Of a stretch of DNA of 53,676 nucleotides, positions 1 to 12,695 are shown in pieces (positions within the stretch are counted from its first letter, which is position 1; every line of letters starts with the position of its first letter). The stretch is from positions 1-53,676 of the forward strand of contig JAADVB010000121.1 in NCBI GenBank assembly GCA_023334545.1. Direction: 5' to 3'. A model generated the notes under the pieces. That model did no database searches, was not told the DNA's origin, and worked only from the letters and a program-made list of their open reading frames with translations. The stretch is from Salisapilia sapeloensis CBS 127946. Lineage: Eukaryota > Protista > Oomycota. Position numbers and translations under genes: made by a program.

Positions 1-262
1 GAATACCAAGCGTGACTTGAAGTCTTCTCGATGGTTTCCTTCTAATTGCATCAATATAGAACGATCACTTGCTTTTGTACCCTCAGTTTAGCAGGAAAGT
101 TATATTGAAGTGTCACGATGAGTTTCCAATGGCAAGCGGTATATCAAATCAGCTATTCTCAAGAAACACAGAGATTGCCAATTCGATTTTCATGAATAGA
201 ATTACAATAGATGTATCCGCAATTATGCCAAATAGGTATTTAGCGAACACTTTCTTACTGTA
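1..262 (+). repeat. Partial copy (A) of a degenerate dispersed repeat, truncated by the window start
   Basis: Aligns by eye with ~25361-25625 and ~30200-30440 (shared cttgaagtctt..., catcaatatagaacgatcacttgct, tttagcaggaaagttatattgaagtg, tttccaatggcaag, gagattgc), same orientation. Confidence 0.85.
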
Positions 263-516
263 ATTCCTATCAACTATACTTCGTCAGCGACATTCGATCG
301 CCTCGTAACTTTGAATACTTCTTGAACGTCATTCCTATCCGTATCCTTATATACCACATTCCATAAATATACGCTAGTGCTCCATCCTGACACTACCACG
401 AGTAGCTAAGACGATTACCTCCAATATCGTACTTGATCGAAATGCGACGAATTTTGATAGAACCATCAACAGCCGCATCGACTAGGCGAAAGCGAGGCAG
501 AGCGATCTCTTCCACC

Positions 517-3408
517 ATGTCACTCTTACGTAAATCCGCGGTACACTCCTTTCCATTTACATTGCCGATATCATAGCAGATACCTGACTTGCTGCTCTGT
601 ATATACCAGGTGAACTTTGAGCAAGTTTGGGAAGGAATTGAGCAGCCTCTCGAGTCCCTCGTCTCGGGCGAGCCACAGACACTGAGCAATGACAAGTGGC
701 TAGAAATGTACACGTACGTATTCGCAATCAACAAAACCTCTTAGATTCATTTTCTGATGGTTCAATGCAGTGGCATCTATAATATATGCACGAATCCAGG
801 AGCTCCGCAGGCCGAAGCACTTTTCTTTCGACTTCATAAGCTCCTTTCGGATCATGTAGAAGGTATCCTATCAGACTTAAAGGCCACGCGTGGAGATACA
901 GAATTTCTAAAGCAGTACTGCGCTGCGTTTGACTCGTTTGCAACTGGCACGAACTACATATCCAACCTCTTTCGCTACCTCGTACATGCCTTTTGCATCA
1001 TTCCTTCCAGCCTCATGGTCTCATTGTAATACTAGGATCGATACTGGATTAAATACTCACACTGTGAGACCGGTCAAGCTCCTGTACCAGGTGTCTACCC
1101 CGTCACAGAGGTAGCTGATCCATCATTTGATCGTAGAAGACGGCTTCTTATGCTTTTCTAGTTGGCACTTCATATCTGGCACGACGTCGCCTTTACGAAG
1201 CTCAAGCATCGACTAGCCGACTCAATCATTCGCCTCTTCCGAGTGTCTCGAGACGAACGGAGTGAAGTGTTTGATGAAGGAGAGTACATTGCCAACACAG
1301 TCGAAGTACTCTCTTCCTCTCTCATCTTTACAAATACGTACTAATCGATACTTCCAGACATATTCCACTTTGGGGTTGTGCATGTCTGACGCCATGTCCT
1401 TGTATCGAGATGATCTAGAAGCTCAATTCCTCAAGGTATGAAGGCATGTTGCTTACAAAGAGGAAATGATACGATGTGAATTATAGGATACGGCTCAATA
1501 CTACTCTGCACTAGCGAATAACCTCCTCTCACAAGTATCGATTGCAGAATACTTAAAACAAGTCGAGACATTATGCAACCAAGAACGACGTCGTTGTGAA
1601 CATCGTATGCTTCGATCGTACGTCCATTTCTCCTTTATCAGCACCAATATAAAGCTCATCTATACCCATAGCACGGCCATTCAAACGCGACAAACGTGTT
1701 GTCGCGTCCTCGTCGATGAACACGCTGAGCGTATCTGTCAAGACGCTGAAACGTTCTTAATTCACAACCAAACGGACGATCTCCATCGTCTCTTTTCCCT
1801 CTTTTCCGAATTACCAAAGGAACAGGCACTCATATCGTTCAAAAATATTTTAAAGAAATACATTGAACGCAGTGGACTCGACGTCGTTCGTAAATTCGAA
1901 CATGAAGACGCCGCGAAGAATCCAGAAGGGTACATCGAAGCACTTGTCCAAGTCCGGAACAAGTACTACGACCTGATTAAAGAAGCATTTGGTTTCCATG
2001 CTCTCATGCGCACAGCTCTCGATCAAGCCTGTCGCTCATTTGCTAACTCCCATCCGAGATTACCAGAGCTACTAGCCAAGTACACTCACTTTCTCATGAC
2101 GCATCGACGTAAGAGCTCTCCCAAGACGTCTGCCAGTACGTTGGAGCATGAAGAGGACGGATTAGATGGCAAGATTGAGAACATCAGCATTGTGTTTGGG
2201 CTTATTGACGACAAGGATGTGTTCCAAAAGTATTACGCCAAGTTTCTGGCCAAGCGTCTGATTAAAGAGTCGTCCATCTCGGATGATGCTGAAGCATTGC
2301 TTATCCAGAAGCTACGAGATGTCTGTGGTCTTGACTTTGTCTCGAAACTACAGAAGATGATGAAAGATAAAATGCTTAGCAAGGTACGATCGACACTGGA
2401 TCTACATGAGTATCAACTAACAGTTTCATAGGAGCTGGTGGAGTCGTTTGATGCATGGTTGGAGAGTCATGATGTAGAGCTACGAGCAGCAGACGCTCGT
2501 AACGTGAATGCGATTCAGCTCTACCATCGTATATCCTTCCATTGTGATGTCTTGACGGCAGGTGCTTGGCCGATATCAAGCACCCAAGCCGACTCAAGTG
2601 TCCAACTACCATCGGCAATGCAGGCACAGTTGGATCTCTTCACCAACTTCTATACGAGTCAGAGCAGTGGGAGGAAGATCATGTGGGTTCATCAACTCTC
2701 GTTTGGTATTCTCCAAACAAGAGGATTTGACAAACGCTACGAGCTGTCGCTAAGTTTCTACCAAATGATTCTTCTACTTCTGGTACATGCCTCTCAACAG
2801 CCTTATTTTGTATATATTTCTCATTGCTTTATGACAGTTTAACGACATGAATGAAGCGTCTATTCAACGGATGCTGGAGCACACCAAGATCCCAGTTTCC
2901 GACCTTCACCATCATCTCGATAGTCTCCTGAAGGTTTCTCTTTCCTACTGACATCTCCTACCTCTGCTGATGTTTGACACTAGGCCAAGTTACTGCTTTC
3001 TGACCGGATGGATGGGAACGATACAGTCTATAAGCTCAACAAGCAGTTCCACAACCGAAAGCTTCGGCTCTCTGTAGGTCCTCAGTCTAGCAGCACTCGT
3101 ATATGCTCTGACGTCCATGTCTGTAGATGCGACCGAGTAGTCCTGTCGAGTCCCCAAAGGAGGTGAAAGCGTCCACAAGAGTGGTAGAAGAAGATCGGAA
3201 GATGGCACTACAGGCAGCTATCGTCCGTGTGCTCAAGACCCGTCGAGATATTACTCAATCCCAGCTCCAGCGAGAAGTAGCTCAGATGCTTCGACAGCAA
3301 TTCGTTCCGACATCTATTGCGATTGATCGGAATGTGGATATTTTGGTTGAAAAAGATTTTCTTAAACGTCATGAAGATGATCCACATCGTCTACTTTACG
3401 TCGCATAA
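517..3408 (+). CDS. Cullin (Cul1/Cul2-like), about 10-11 introns
   Basis: Spliced N-terminus MSLLRKSA|VNFEQVWEGIEQPL...YNICTNP...LFRYLNRYWIK. Cullin-homology motifs PELLAKY and DKDVFQKYYAKFLAKRL. C-terminal neddylation/winged-helix AAIVRVLKTRR...LVEKDFLKR...YVA* with the acceptor Lys kept. First intron 541-609. Confidence 0.93.
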
Positions 3409-3448
3409 GACGAATCAAACGACGCTTTATTGACCATTTTCATGTTAT

Positions 3449-4369
3449 TTAAACGACATAAAGCGTTTTATCCTGATACCCGTACTTGGTTTTGTACGTA
3501 TCAAACGTATGGATGAGAGACTTGACGTACTTGTCATGCACGGCATCAATCTCTTCCTGTGTCGGATTCTCCACCTTATCGACGGGAATCGGCTTCCCGA
3601 AGACCATGTGCAGCTCAACATCTTGATACGGTTTCAACGGGTTTAGTTTCGATGGACCGTGGCCGAGGATCGCAGCAAAGTTGAGCTTTCGGGATAACTC
3701 TTGGCGGAAGCTTAGGAGGAAGTCCGAATGTGTATATAGGTCCGTCTCGCCAAAGACATAGGCAGGAACGAGAGGCACACCGTGCTTGATAGCGAGTCGG
3801 ATGTGACCCTTGCGTCTTTTGACGTAGATCGTATGCTCCCCTTGCTTTGTCAGCATCTGCTCCGTGATACCACCGACGACGATGCCGAGACTGAGACCTT
3901 GTGTAAGCATCTTGTTCGCTGTCGATCGAGACGCATCGACTGTCCCGAGCCACAGGAGGTATTCTCGGTACACAGGGATTCTGAAAATAACAGACGCACC
4001 TAGGTCCCGGCGTTTGTGCATCGGCGAGTAGTCATGGAAGGACGGTTTGGATGATCCGTCCAGCATCGCACCGTGATGGGCTGACATGAGACCGTGTGGA
4101 TGGGTACAGAAGATATATTGTTTTTCGGGATCGACGTCTTCTTCGAACTCTAGCGTACATGGCGCTTGAGGTCCGTGCACTCGGCACCACTGCGCAAAGG
4201 CTGGCCAATAGCGATCCCCAGAGAGCTCAGCTCCATCGAGGTAGGACGGTAGATAGCCAATTAGCAGTACGAAGAAGATAGTGTTTTTATACGAAAAGTT
4301 GGCAAAGATGCACACGACGAGCGCGACTGATGCGGCGGTCAAGCAAGGAACCACGGTGCTCCGCGGCAT
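3449..4369 (-). CDS. DGAT2/MGAT-family (DAGAT) acyltransferase, intronless
   Basis: HPHG motif (FCTHPHGL), VVGGITE, RRKGHIRLAIKHGVPLVPAYVFGE, VFGKPI, N-terminal hydrophobic segment. Start uncertain (4369 or 4420; ORF is open to 4483). Confidence 0.88.
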   Translation of the reverse strand: MPRSTVVPCLTAASVALVVCIFANFSYKNTIFFVLLIGYLPSYLDGAELSGDRYWPAFAQWCRVHGPQAPCTLEFEEDVDPEKQYIFCTHPHGLMSAHHGAMLDGSSKPSFHDYSPMHKRRDLGASVIFRIPVYREYLLWLGTVDASRSTANKMLTQGLSLGIVVGGITEQMLTKQGEHTIYVKRRKGHIRLAIKHGVPLVPAYVFGETDLYTHSDFLLSFRQELSRKLNFAAILGHGPSKLNPLKPYQDVELHMVFGKPIPVDKVENPTQEEIDAVHDKYVKSLIHTFDTYKTKYGYQDKTLYVV

Positions 4370-4671
4370 GATGGATAAAGGGGAAAAAGAAGATGTGACG
4401 GATGCTCCAGTCAGACACATGCTGGCTGATCCACTACCTTTCAAGATCGATATACAACTTTGTGAATAGCTTAAGAGGTACAAGGAGCTGATTGAAGTGC
4501 ATCAAGCACGGGCTCAAGTAGAGATAGGTTGAAATTGGTCTTTATAATACTTGAGTATCATCTCCATCTCCATCTTCAGAAACAAGTACCTTGTATCTCA
4601 TGTGATTACGTATACTTATCCTAGGGCCGAGTCGAACGTGGAGATTCGTCAAGATCAGACAAAAACGTGTT

Positions 4672-7600
4672 ATGCTGCGCAAAGTCCCTCGAGTACGTGC
4701 CTCCGGTCATACCTTACGGACGAGGTATGGATTGCAATGGAAAGATGTGCGACCGATTCATCATGGTGCCAAGGTTTGTGTCTTTATGAGTGGATGGCTG
4801 GACCACATTCTCATGCGTTTCAAATCCATAGCAATCGACGGTCGAAATTGGCGGTGTCGTCGCTCCTGTTAAACCAGCTCAAGTACGTACTACGTGCATA
4901 ATGATACTTTGGCGGCATAGTAATCAAATGCATCCCTTTGTTCATGCAGTCGCCAGGATTAGTGCCGCGAGGGTATCTCCCGGATGGAAGGACTCGGCCG
5001 ATGTCACAAGAACTTCTCAATCATTTACGATGGATGATACAGAAGGATCGACTTAATCAAGACATCTTCTTGATTGGGTATGGGCACTAGTATCTAGTAA
5101 CGACCCAACGTACATGACTTAGTCGTATACACCTCATAGACCACCAGGTGCATCACGGCGTGTTCTTAGCATGCAGTTTTGTGAACTTTTGAACCGAGAA
5201 GTCGAGTACGTCTCGATTTCTCAAGACACGACCGAATCTGATCTAAAGCAGGTGTGATCCTGTTTTTGGTAACCTCAGCACGAAGATTTAGCAAATCTAA
5301 CTGTTCTTTTTGTTATAGAGACGGGAAATTGTTGATGGTGCGGCCATTTTCACGGACCAAGCTCCTGTTCGAGCTGCAATTAACGGCAGAGTACTTGTTA
5401 TCGACGGTAATTTCCTTTCTCCTTCTTTCAACAAATGTATTCTAATTCGTATCATCCTCTAGGACTGGAACGAGCGGAGCGAAATGTGCTTCCAACATTG
5501 AACAATCTGCTTGAAAACAGGTGCAGTAGATCAATTCATCCATCTCTTCTTGACCTACTAACGTTGCGATAATGAAAAGGGAAATGACCCTGGATGATGG
5601 GCGATTTCTAATGAAAGCCGAAACGTAAGCTACTACGGATACATAGCATCAGGCAGTGACTTATTGAATGACGCGATCATGTAGTTATGACAACCTACTA
5701 ACGAACAACTCATCGTCGCAGTCAACGTCGACAAGGTTGGTGCGTGTCCATCCGGACTTTCGAGTCATTGCACTCGGGCTTCCTGTCCCTCCGTACCCAG
5801 GTCGTCCTCTCGACCCACCTTTGCGATCTCGTTTCCAAGCACGAAGCGTTCTTCCTTCATCTCCTGGTACTCAGTTGGAGCATCTGGTCACTCTTGCACC
5901 AGACGTTCCTATCGCTTTGTTAGAAAAGCTTGTGGGTGTCCGTGAGTCGATTAATGCTGTTGAAAGTCTCCATGAAGATGGTGCCAAGGAGCGCATGCCT
6001 TACTTCGACTATACATCCATTGCACATGCTGCTCATGTCCTTCAAAAGTTCCCAGAAGTCGATACGCGACGTCTATTGCAACGTGTTTTCCCACTTACAC
6101 GAGATGTCATGGGTCCTCGTTCCTCATCTCACTGTGAAAGTTTTGATAAAGTCGTCGACTCGTTCCTTTCGAGTGACGGAGAGAAGATTACATACAGTCT
6201 CCAGTCTGCTTCCACCGGTCCTAACTCATTCCTTCATTTCTCCACACTGGCATCGTCCAAAGACATGGCAGTACCTGCACCAATCGGTACAATGTCACCA
6301 CATGAAGAAGGCATTGCAGGGTTCATTCAAACGGCGACACACGAGAGTTTGATCTCGGAGATGGCGCAGGATCATGCAGCTGGATCGGACCTCTGTATCG
6401 TAGGTGAAAAAGGAAGCGGTAAGTCTGGTGTCGCTCGACTTTTTGCCCATCGACTTGGCTACGCAACGGAGTTGTTTAGCTTATTCAAGGACATGACATC
6501 CCGCGATCTGCTGCAGCGTCGAGCGACAGATGTGCATGGAAACACAATTTGGGAAGACAGTCCGCTTGTTCATGCTGCCAAGTACGGTCATCTTGTGATT
6601 CTAGATGGCATCCATCGCCTCGGATCGGATAGTTTGGGTATCCTCCAACGACTTGTACAGGACCGGGAGCTCGAATTAGCCGACGGCGGACGTCTCCTAG
6701 CTGAAGAAAAGTTCAATGCTTTGGACAAAGTAGATGGAGTAGCATCAACAGATCGCGTGTCAGCCATACATCCTTCGTTCCGTATCGTCGCAATCGCAGA
6801 GACAGATGCATCTAGTCAGTTGAGCGCTTCCAAAGCCAAACATGGTGCCTCCTCGTGGCTCACTTCAGACAGTATCTCCATGTTTGCCTTTCACAAGGTC
6901 CCGTCACTTTCAAGTGAAGAGAAGAAGCAACTTGTTCAACAGCTTTATCCGAAGTTACCTCATGAGACGTCTAGTAAGCTGCTTCAGTTTGCTGAAAACC
7001 TTGAAGAAACGAGGAAAGCGACGAGTGATTCGGAAATCATGGCCTTGTCACTCACGCTGCGACAAACACTACGCTGCTCCCGTCGCCTAGCTGCGTTCCC
7101 AGAGCAGTCATTAGCAGATTTAAGACCGTTGTTGCATGATACACTCATGACGTCGTTCTTACCAGCCTCATGTGTTCGCCTCGTGGATACATTGTTGGAT
7201 GATTGTGGAGTGCCTGCAACGTCGTCATCTAAAGAGGAGAGCGAAATACCTGCTCTAGGTATGCTTTTACGATCTCATTTGCCTGTAGACTAGTTGATTT
7301 AATCTCTATACAGTTGTAGAGCAAAAGGATGGACAAGTACGCATTGGCGATACGCAGCATCCAGTGCAAGTTCCTGAATACCCAGAATTGGTGCCTCAGC
7401 CTCAGTTCTTTGACATTCCAAAGCACACGGAGACGTTGCGACAGATCCTACAGGACATTGTTGCCGGTCAACAACATATTTTGCTCATTGGAAATCAAGG
7501 TACAGATATCAAAAATAATTCTTTGTCAATGTATCTCAATAACCATGTAAAAGGTGTCGGCAAGAACAAAATTGCTGACCGACTGCTCCAGCTCTTGCAG

Positions 7601-10600
7601 CAAGAACGGGAATACATTCAGCTCCATCGAGACGTACGTACATTAAGTAGTCCTCTACTACGTTTCCTATCATGCTAAGTGTGCATTTGATACGATAGAC
7701 GACTGTCCAGACGCTAACGCTTGTCCCGACCTTGGAGAATGGTCGTATCATCTGGGAAGACTCTCCGCTAGTACGAGCAGCAAAGTTCGGAAGGACATTG
7801 CTAGTGGATGAAGCTGATAAGGCACCGTTGGAAGTAGTCTGCGTCCTCAAAGGTTTAATCGAAGACGGAGAGATGCTGCTTGGAAATGGAAAGAGGTTGG
7901 TGGACACGACTAAGGTTGCTGTAGAGGACTGGAGAGATGCAGACGAAATCATTCCTGTCCACCCAGACTTTCGTATGTGGGTCTTGGCTAATCGACCAGG
8001 ATATCCGTTCCTTGGCAATAACTTTTTCCGAGAGATTGGGGATGTGTTCTCGAGCCATGCCATCGATAATCCGGATGAAAAGTCTGAGCTAGCTCTGCTA
8101 CAAGCTTATGCGCCGAACGTGTCAGTGGATATTTTGAAAAAGCTTTGTCGAGCCTTTAGCGACCTGCGCGCACTGGTGGACGAAGGAGCGATTTCGTATC
8201 CTTACTCTACGAGAGAAGCGGTAGCCGTGGCAAAACACTTGGAAGAGTTTCCAGACGATGGTGTGACCTCCGTATTGGTACGTTCCTTGGATATTTATGA
8301 CAGTATTCGAACTAACACAAGTGTGTCCTTAGGAAAATGTGCTAGCTTTCGACTCGTACGACAAGAATCTCCGTAAGCAACTGGCCGAAGTCTTCATCAG
8401 GTAATGAATGTGTACATTAAAAGTAGCAAATGCATATTTATCGAATCTACATTATAGATACGATTTAACCTAGAGTTTGATGCTATGAGGATCAATTGAC
8501 ATGCTTCACCTTTTATCCCTTTAATTCTATGTGCATGGCTATTAAATCATTAGCATCACTCTCTTGTCATTTATATCTACCTTTCAATCCAATGGATCTC
8601 ACTAACTGTATGGTCTGCTACAGACATGACATCCCCTTGTCTTCCGATGGACAAGTGCGTCGAGTAACTATCGACTTGTCGCCACTTACAACTTTACCAG
8701 AGTCAAATGTGATGGATAAATGGAAGTGGACTAGCCAAGAGAAAGTAGGATCACACTCGGACAGTCCAGCGCTATACAGCACGAAGCTCCGATGGGATCG
8801 AGCATGGATTGAGCCTGCTACATCAGCAACCTACTCCGTCCAGCAGCACCGTCTCCAGCGATTCTCGGAAGAAGTAGCATCCTTCCAAGTACCGTTGTTG
8901 GGTAATAGGAAGCAAGAAGCGCATGCTATCGTCTCTTCAAAGGACAATTCCATTCACGGTATACCACTCTCCTTACTTGATGCATATTGAAACGTAGTTG
9001 CTAATCATTTCGACAGTGCTAACTCGCCGTCCAATGGCCCTCCACACGTTTTCTGACATGGATGGATCTGAAAGGTATTATATTGTGTCTTCTACACCGC
9101 CAAAGTATGATAGCTAAACGTTCTTGTAGAACGCATACACGTCTTGAGCTCGAGAGCCAATTTATGCATTGGGAGGAAAGCCCAGTGCTGATCAATCTTC
9201 GTCAAAGTAACCAAGTTGCTGCATTCCTTCCATCCACAGGTAGACATCCTTTTTATCAAACATAAAGGCCCATGCATAGTTTTAAACAGAGCTAACAACA
9301 TGTATGAACTGTAGGTCTTTGCATTCGACTAGATCCTACTCGGAACACGGACGGACAAGTTGCATGCTTTAGGCTACCTGAAGAGGTTATGCTCGGTACT
9401 GTCCACACTCCTGAAGCCAAGTCTACGCAAAAGTCGAAACGAAGTCCATTCCCGACGTGGTTCGACACGGCATCCGCGTCCAATTGGGTAGCTCGATCGG
9501 ATCCCACGAATGCTGGCACACTCCTTCGATTTGAACGCGGCGGAAACCGTTTGCAGTTGATTGATATCGATGACGCTAGTGTCCAGTCTTTGGATCTTCA
9601 GTCGGTTGCAAGTGTCGATCCAGATGCTAGGATTATGGAAGTTCAGCCAGTCGGTTCCAATCAATGGCTTGTGCGAACGAGTGATGAGCATACGATGTAC
9701 TACCTCCAGAAAGATGACAACCAATTGGTGCTGCATACAGCCAACGCCAATACTGACACTACTTCCAGCATGACCCATTCCGTCGTGCCGTCTGGAGTAT
9801 CCGGCAGTCCTATCCACACAGTCCATCCATCCATGTACCTCCAAACGCTACATCTTGACACGAACGAAGGAGAGAATGAGATCGAATGTATTTCGCGTGA
9901 CTCAGAGTCGGAGCGTGATGACATCACAGGTGCGTGGGTATCCAAATCGAACGAATACATTGCCAACGTTCGATCTGGTGATGATACATCCGACTTGGAA
10001 GTCACATACCCTTCCAGCAAAACTACGAAAACGATTCCTCTTCATCCTACTGTCGAAGGCAATGAGGAAACGGTAGCTGATGCGACTGAGCTTTCTAAGG
10101 GAGATTACTTGGCGACTGTCAGCTCTAAAGGTAGAGTACGTCTGTGGCAGCTTGAATCTAACGCTTTAGACGAGTCTCTCGATGCCTGGAAGAAAATGTT
10201 TGGTCCTGCAGCCTTGCAAGGAGATGAACGGCTTCAGCTTAAAGTGGATGGACAGCCTGCTGGTGGTGAATCGACCCCGAAAACAGGACTAGATGAGCCC
10301 AAGTACGGCAAGGACGATCCGAACAACGATCCGCATGTTGGTGGTAATACATGGGCCGGAGGGAGCGGTGGATCCGATACTGCTGGTCTTGGTGGTCGAG
10401 GTGGACCGTATCGTCTGGACAAGGGGCACGCTGTGCATCAAGTTTCTCAGGAGAAGAAAGATGAAGTATCGGATGAAATGAGGGCGAAAGCTAGAGCTTT
10501 CGCAGAAGAAGCGCTTGCATCCAAGTTACAGGAGATTGATATGAGTAATCGCGAGTGGGAGTCGTATCAAAGGTACCTGGCAAGAGTCGAGCAAGAGTGC

Positions 10601-11371
10601 AGTGAACTGCGCTCGATTCTAAATAACGTCGAGTCAATGGCGGAAGAAAGAAGCTGGCTGAAGCATCAGTCCAGTGGAGAGCTAGATGACTCGAAACTTG
10701 TGGACGGAGTTTCGGGTGAAAGACTGATATTCAAACGTCGAGGAGTAAGTGATTCACCCTTCTCTTCAATCGGATCTCAAGACACTTTGCCAAAGAGACT
10801 GCTCTTCGTGATGGATGTAAGTGGCAGCATGTATCGATTCAACGGTCAGGACGGAAGACTGGAGCGAGTGCTGGAGACGACGTTAATGATCATGGAAAGC
10901 TTTGCTGGGTTCGAAGACCGGTTCGACTATAGTATAGTCGGGCACAGTGGAAACACTCCAGAGGCGCCATTCGTCGACTTTGGAGCTCCACCTGCCGACC
11001 GGAAGGAACGACTTAAGGTTCTACAACGCATGGTGGCACATACGCAGTACTGCATGAGTGGAGATAACACAGTGGAAGCTGTTGAGAGCGCTGTCAAGAG
11101 AGTCGTCGAAGAGGATGCGGACGATTATCTTGTGGTTGTTGTAAGTGATGCGAATCTTCAGCGATATGGCATTGAACCAGCAGAACTGGGAGATAAATTG
11201 GTGGTGGATCCACAAGTGCAAGCTCATGCCGTGTTCATCGCATCTTTTACGGATGAAGCAGACACGATCAAGAAAGAGCTACCGGATGGCAGAGGACACG
11301 TCTGTCTCGACACGACTCAGCTACCGCGCATGTTCAAGACCATGTTCACCTCAGCGTTCGGGAGACAGTAA
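4672..11371 (+). CDS. VWA8: VWA8-like AAA+/MoxR ATPase with C-terminal VWA domain, multi-exon, probably mitochondrial
   Basis: Arg-rich presequence-like start MLRKVPRVRASGHTLR. LNHLRWMIQKDRLNQDIFLIG, SQDTTESDLKQRRE, AERNVLPTLNNLLENRE. Walker A GEKGSGKS and GNQGVGKN (spliced), Walker B LLVDEADKA. Signature GGNTWAGGSGGSDTAGLGGRGGPYRLDKGH. MIDAS DVSGSMYRFNG. Confidence 0.95.
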
Positions 11372-11504
11372 AACATTGAAGCGATACAGACAATAAAATT
11401 TCTCTTCTAATGGCGAAAGCGTTTGTTTAATATTGCCTCCTTTACTCACATAATATGCTGCTCAACATCACACAAAGAAAGCTGATGCTCGACTCTAAAA
11501 TGCT

Positions 11505-12592
11505 TTATGAAGACTTGTTGAGAAGCTTTGGAGTTTTTGCATAAACAGTCTGATCGATGAGCTCTCCGGTTCGCTTAATGATCGCTTCTCGTAGCTTATT
11601 TGATTCAAGTCCAATGTCAGTAAACTTACTAGATTATATCATGTGAATTCAGCACCTCTGGAAACGTAACATAGCTAGCGCCTTCCTTTATCTTTTGTCC
11701 AAAGTGAGCTTGCATCTCGCTTTCCATGTTATCTCCATACTTAAGGAAGCTAGAGACATTTAATTAATATACTTGCCCATGTATAATGCAATGTTATCCA
11801 CATTAGACCACGTACAAGATTCTCATCATGTCGTCTAGTGCAATCTAGAAAGCATAATATAAGATGCATCCATAATGCGTGCTATGAAACACTTCTACCC
11901 ACCTTTCCACTTCTTTCTTTGTCGTAGATAAGATACGAGGCTAAGTAGAATAGATCGGATGGCTCTAGGCCAGACGTGTCGCTTCTTGCTCTCAAGTAGC
12001 TCTTTTCAAACTCATTAAATGATAGCTGGCCATCAAGCTTGTCATTGTTTTCCCATATAAGCTCTTCTTCATATCCTCTAGATCGATTGCTTGGCCCGTA
12101 TCCCAACTGGTCATGCACTATCGTCAGCCCCTTTGGACCAATGCTACATCGTAAGTGAGCAATCTCTTTTCTGCCGCTTTTCTCCTCTTCAAGAACAGCA
12201 TCATAAACGGCCATTTCACGGCTATACTTGTCGACTTTAGCATCAACCTCATGTCCTGCTTTCAAACGCTTTCCAGTTGCTCCGGCCTTTCAAAATGAAA
12301 ATGACGCATCTTTTCACAATCCCAATGCACATAAGAATACCTCTGGTTGATCCTCACTTGCTCGTTCCTTTGCTTTCTATTGCACCATACGTCATTCTCT
12401 GCTCTTGTGTGTATTTGGTGAAAGCGGAGAGCCTACCTCGAGCTTCTTTTCTACCTGCTGTCGAGGAATGTCGAAAGCCAAGAGTCGGAAAACTCTTCTC
12501 AACTGTAGCTGCTCTTCGATGCTCAATCCAGCCTGAGTCGACTGTTCTCCTACCTTTCTCTGCTGACCTCTTTGCACAGAGCTTATGGACAT
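11505..12592 (-). CDS. EF-hand (calmodulin/centrin-like) protein, multi-exon
   Basis: QLRRVFRLLAF helix, EF-like loops ENNDKLDGQLSFNEF and YDKERSGK, and a further exon YGDNMESEMQAHFG...YVTFPE. Boundaries rebuilt by hand. Confidence 0.65.
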
Positions 12593-12695
12593 CTTGAAGA
12601 GGTTCAAACGCAACAAAATGAACTGAATGAGCAGAAATAGAACCAAAGAATGAAGCGTTAGTATGTATTTAGCTCGTGTTCTAACAGTCACTTTC

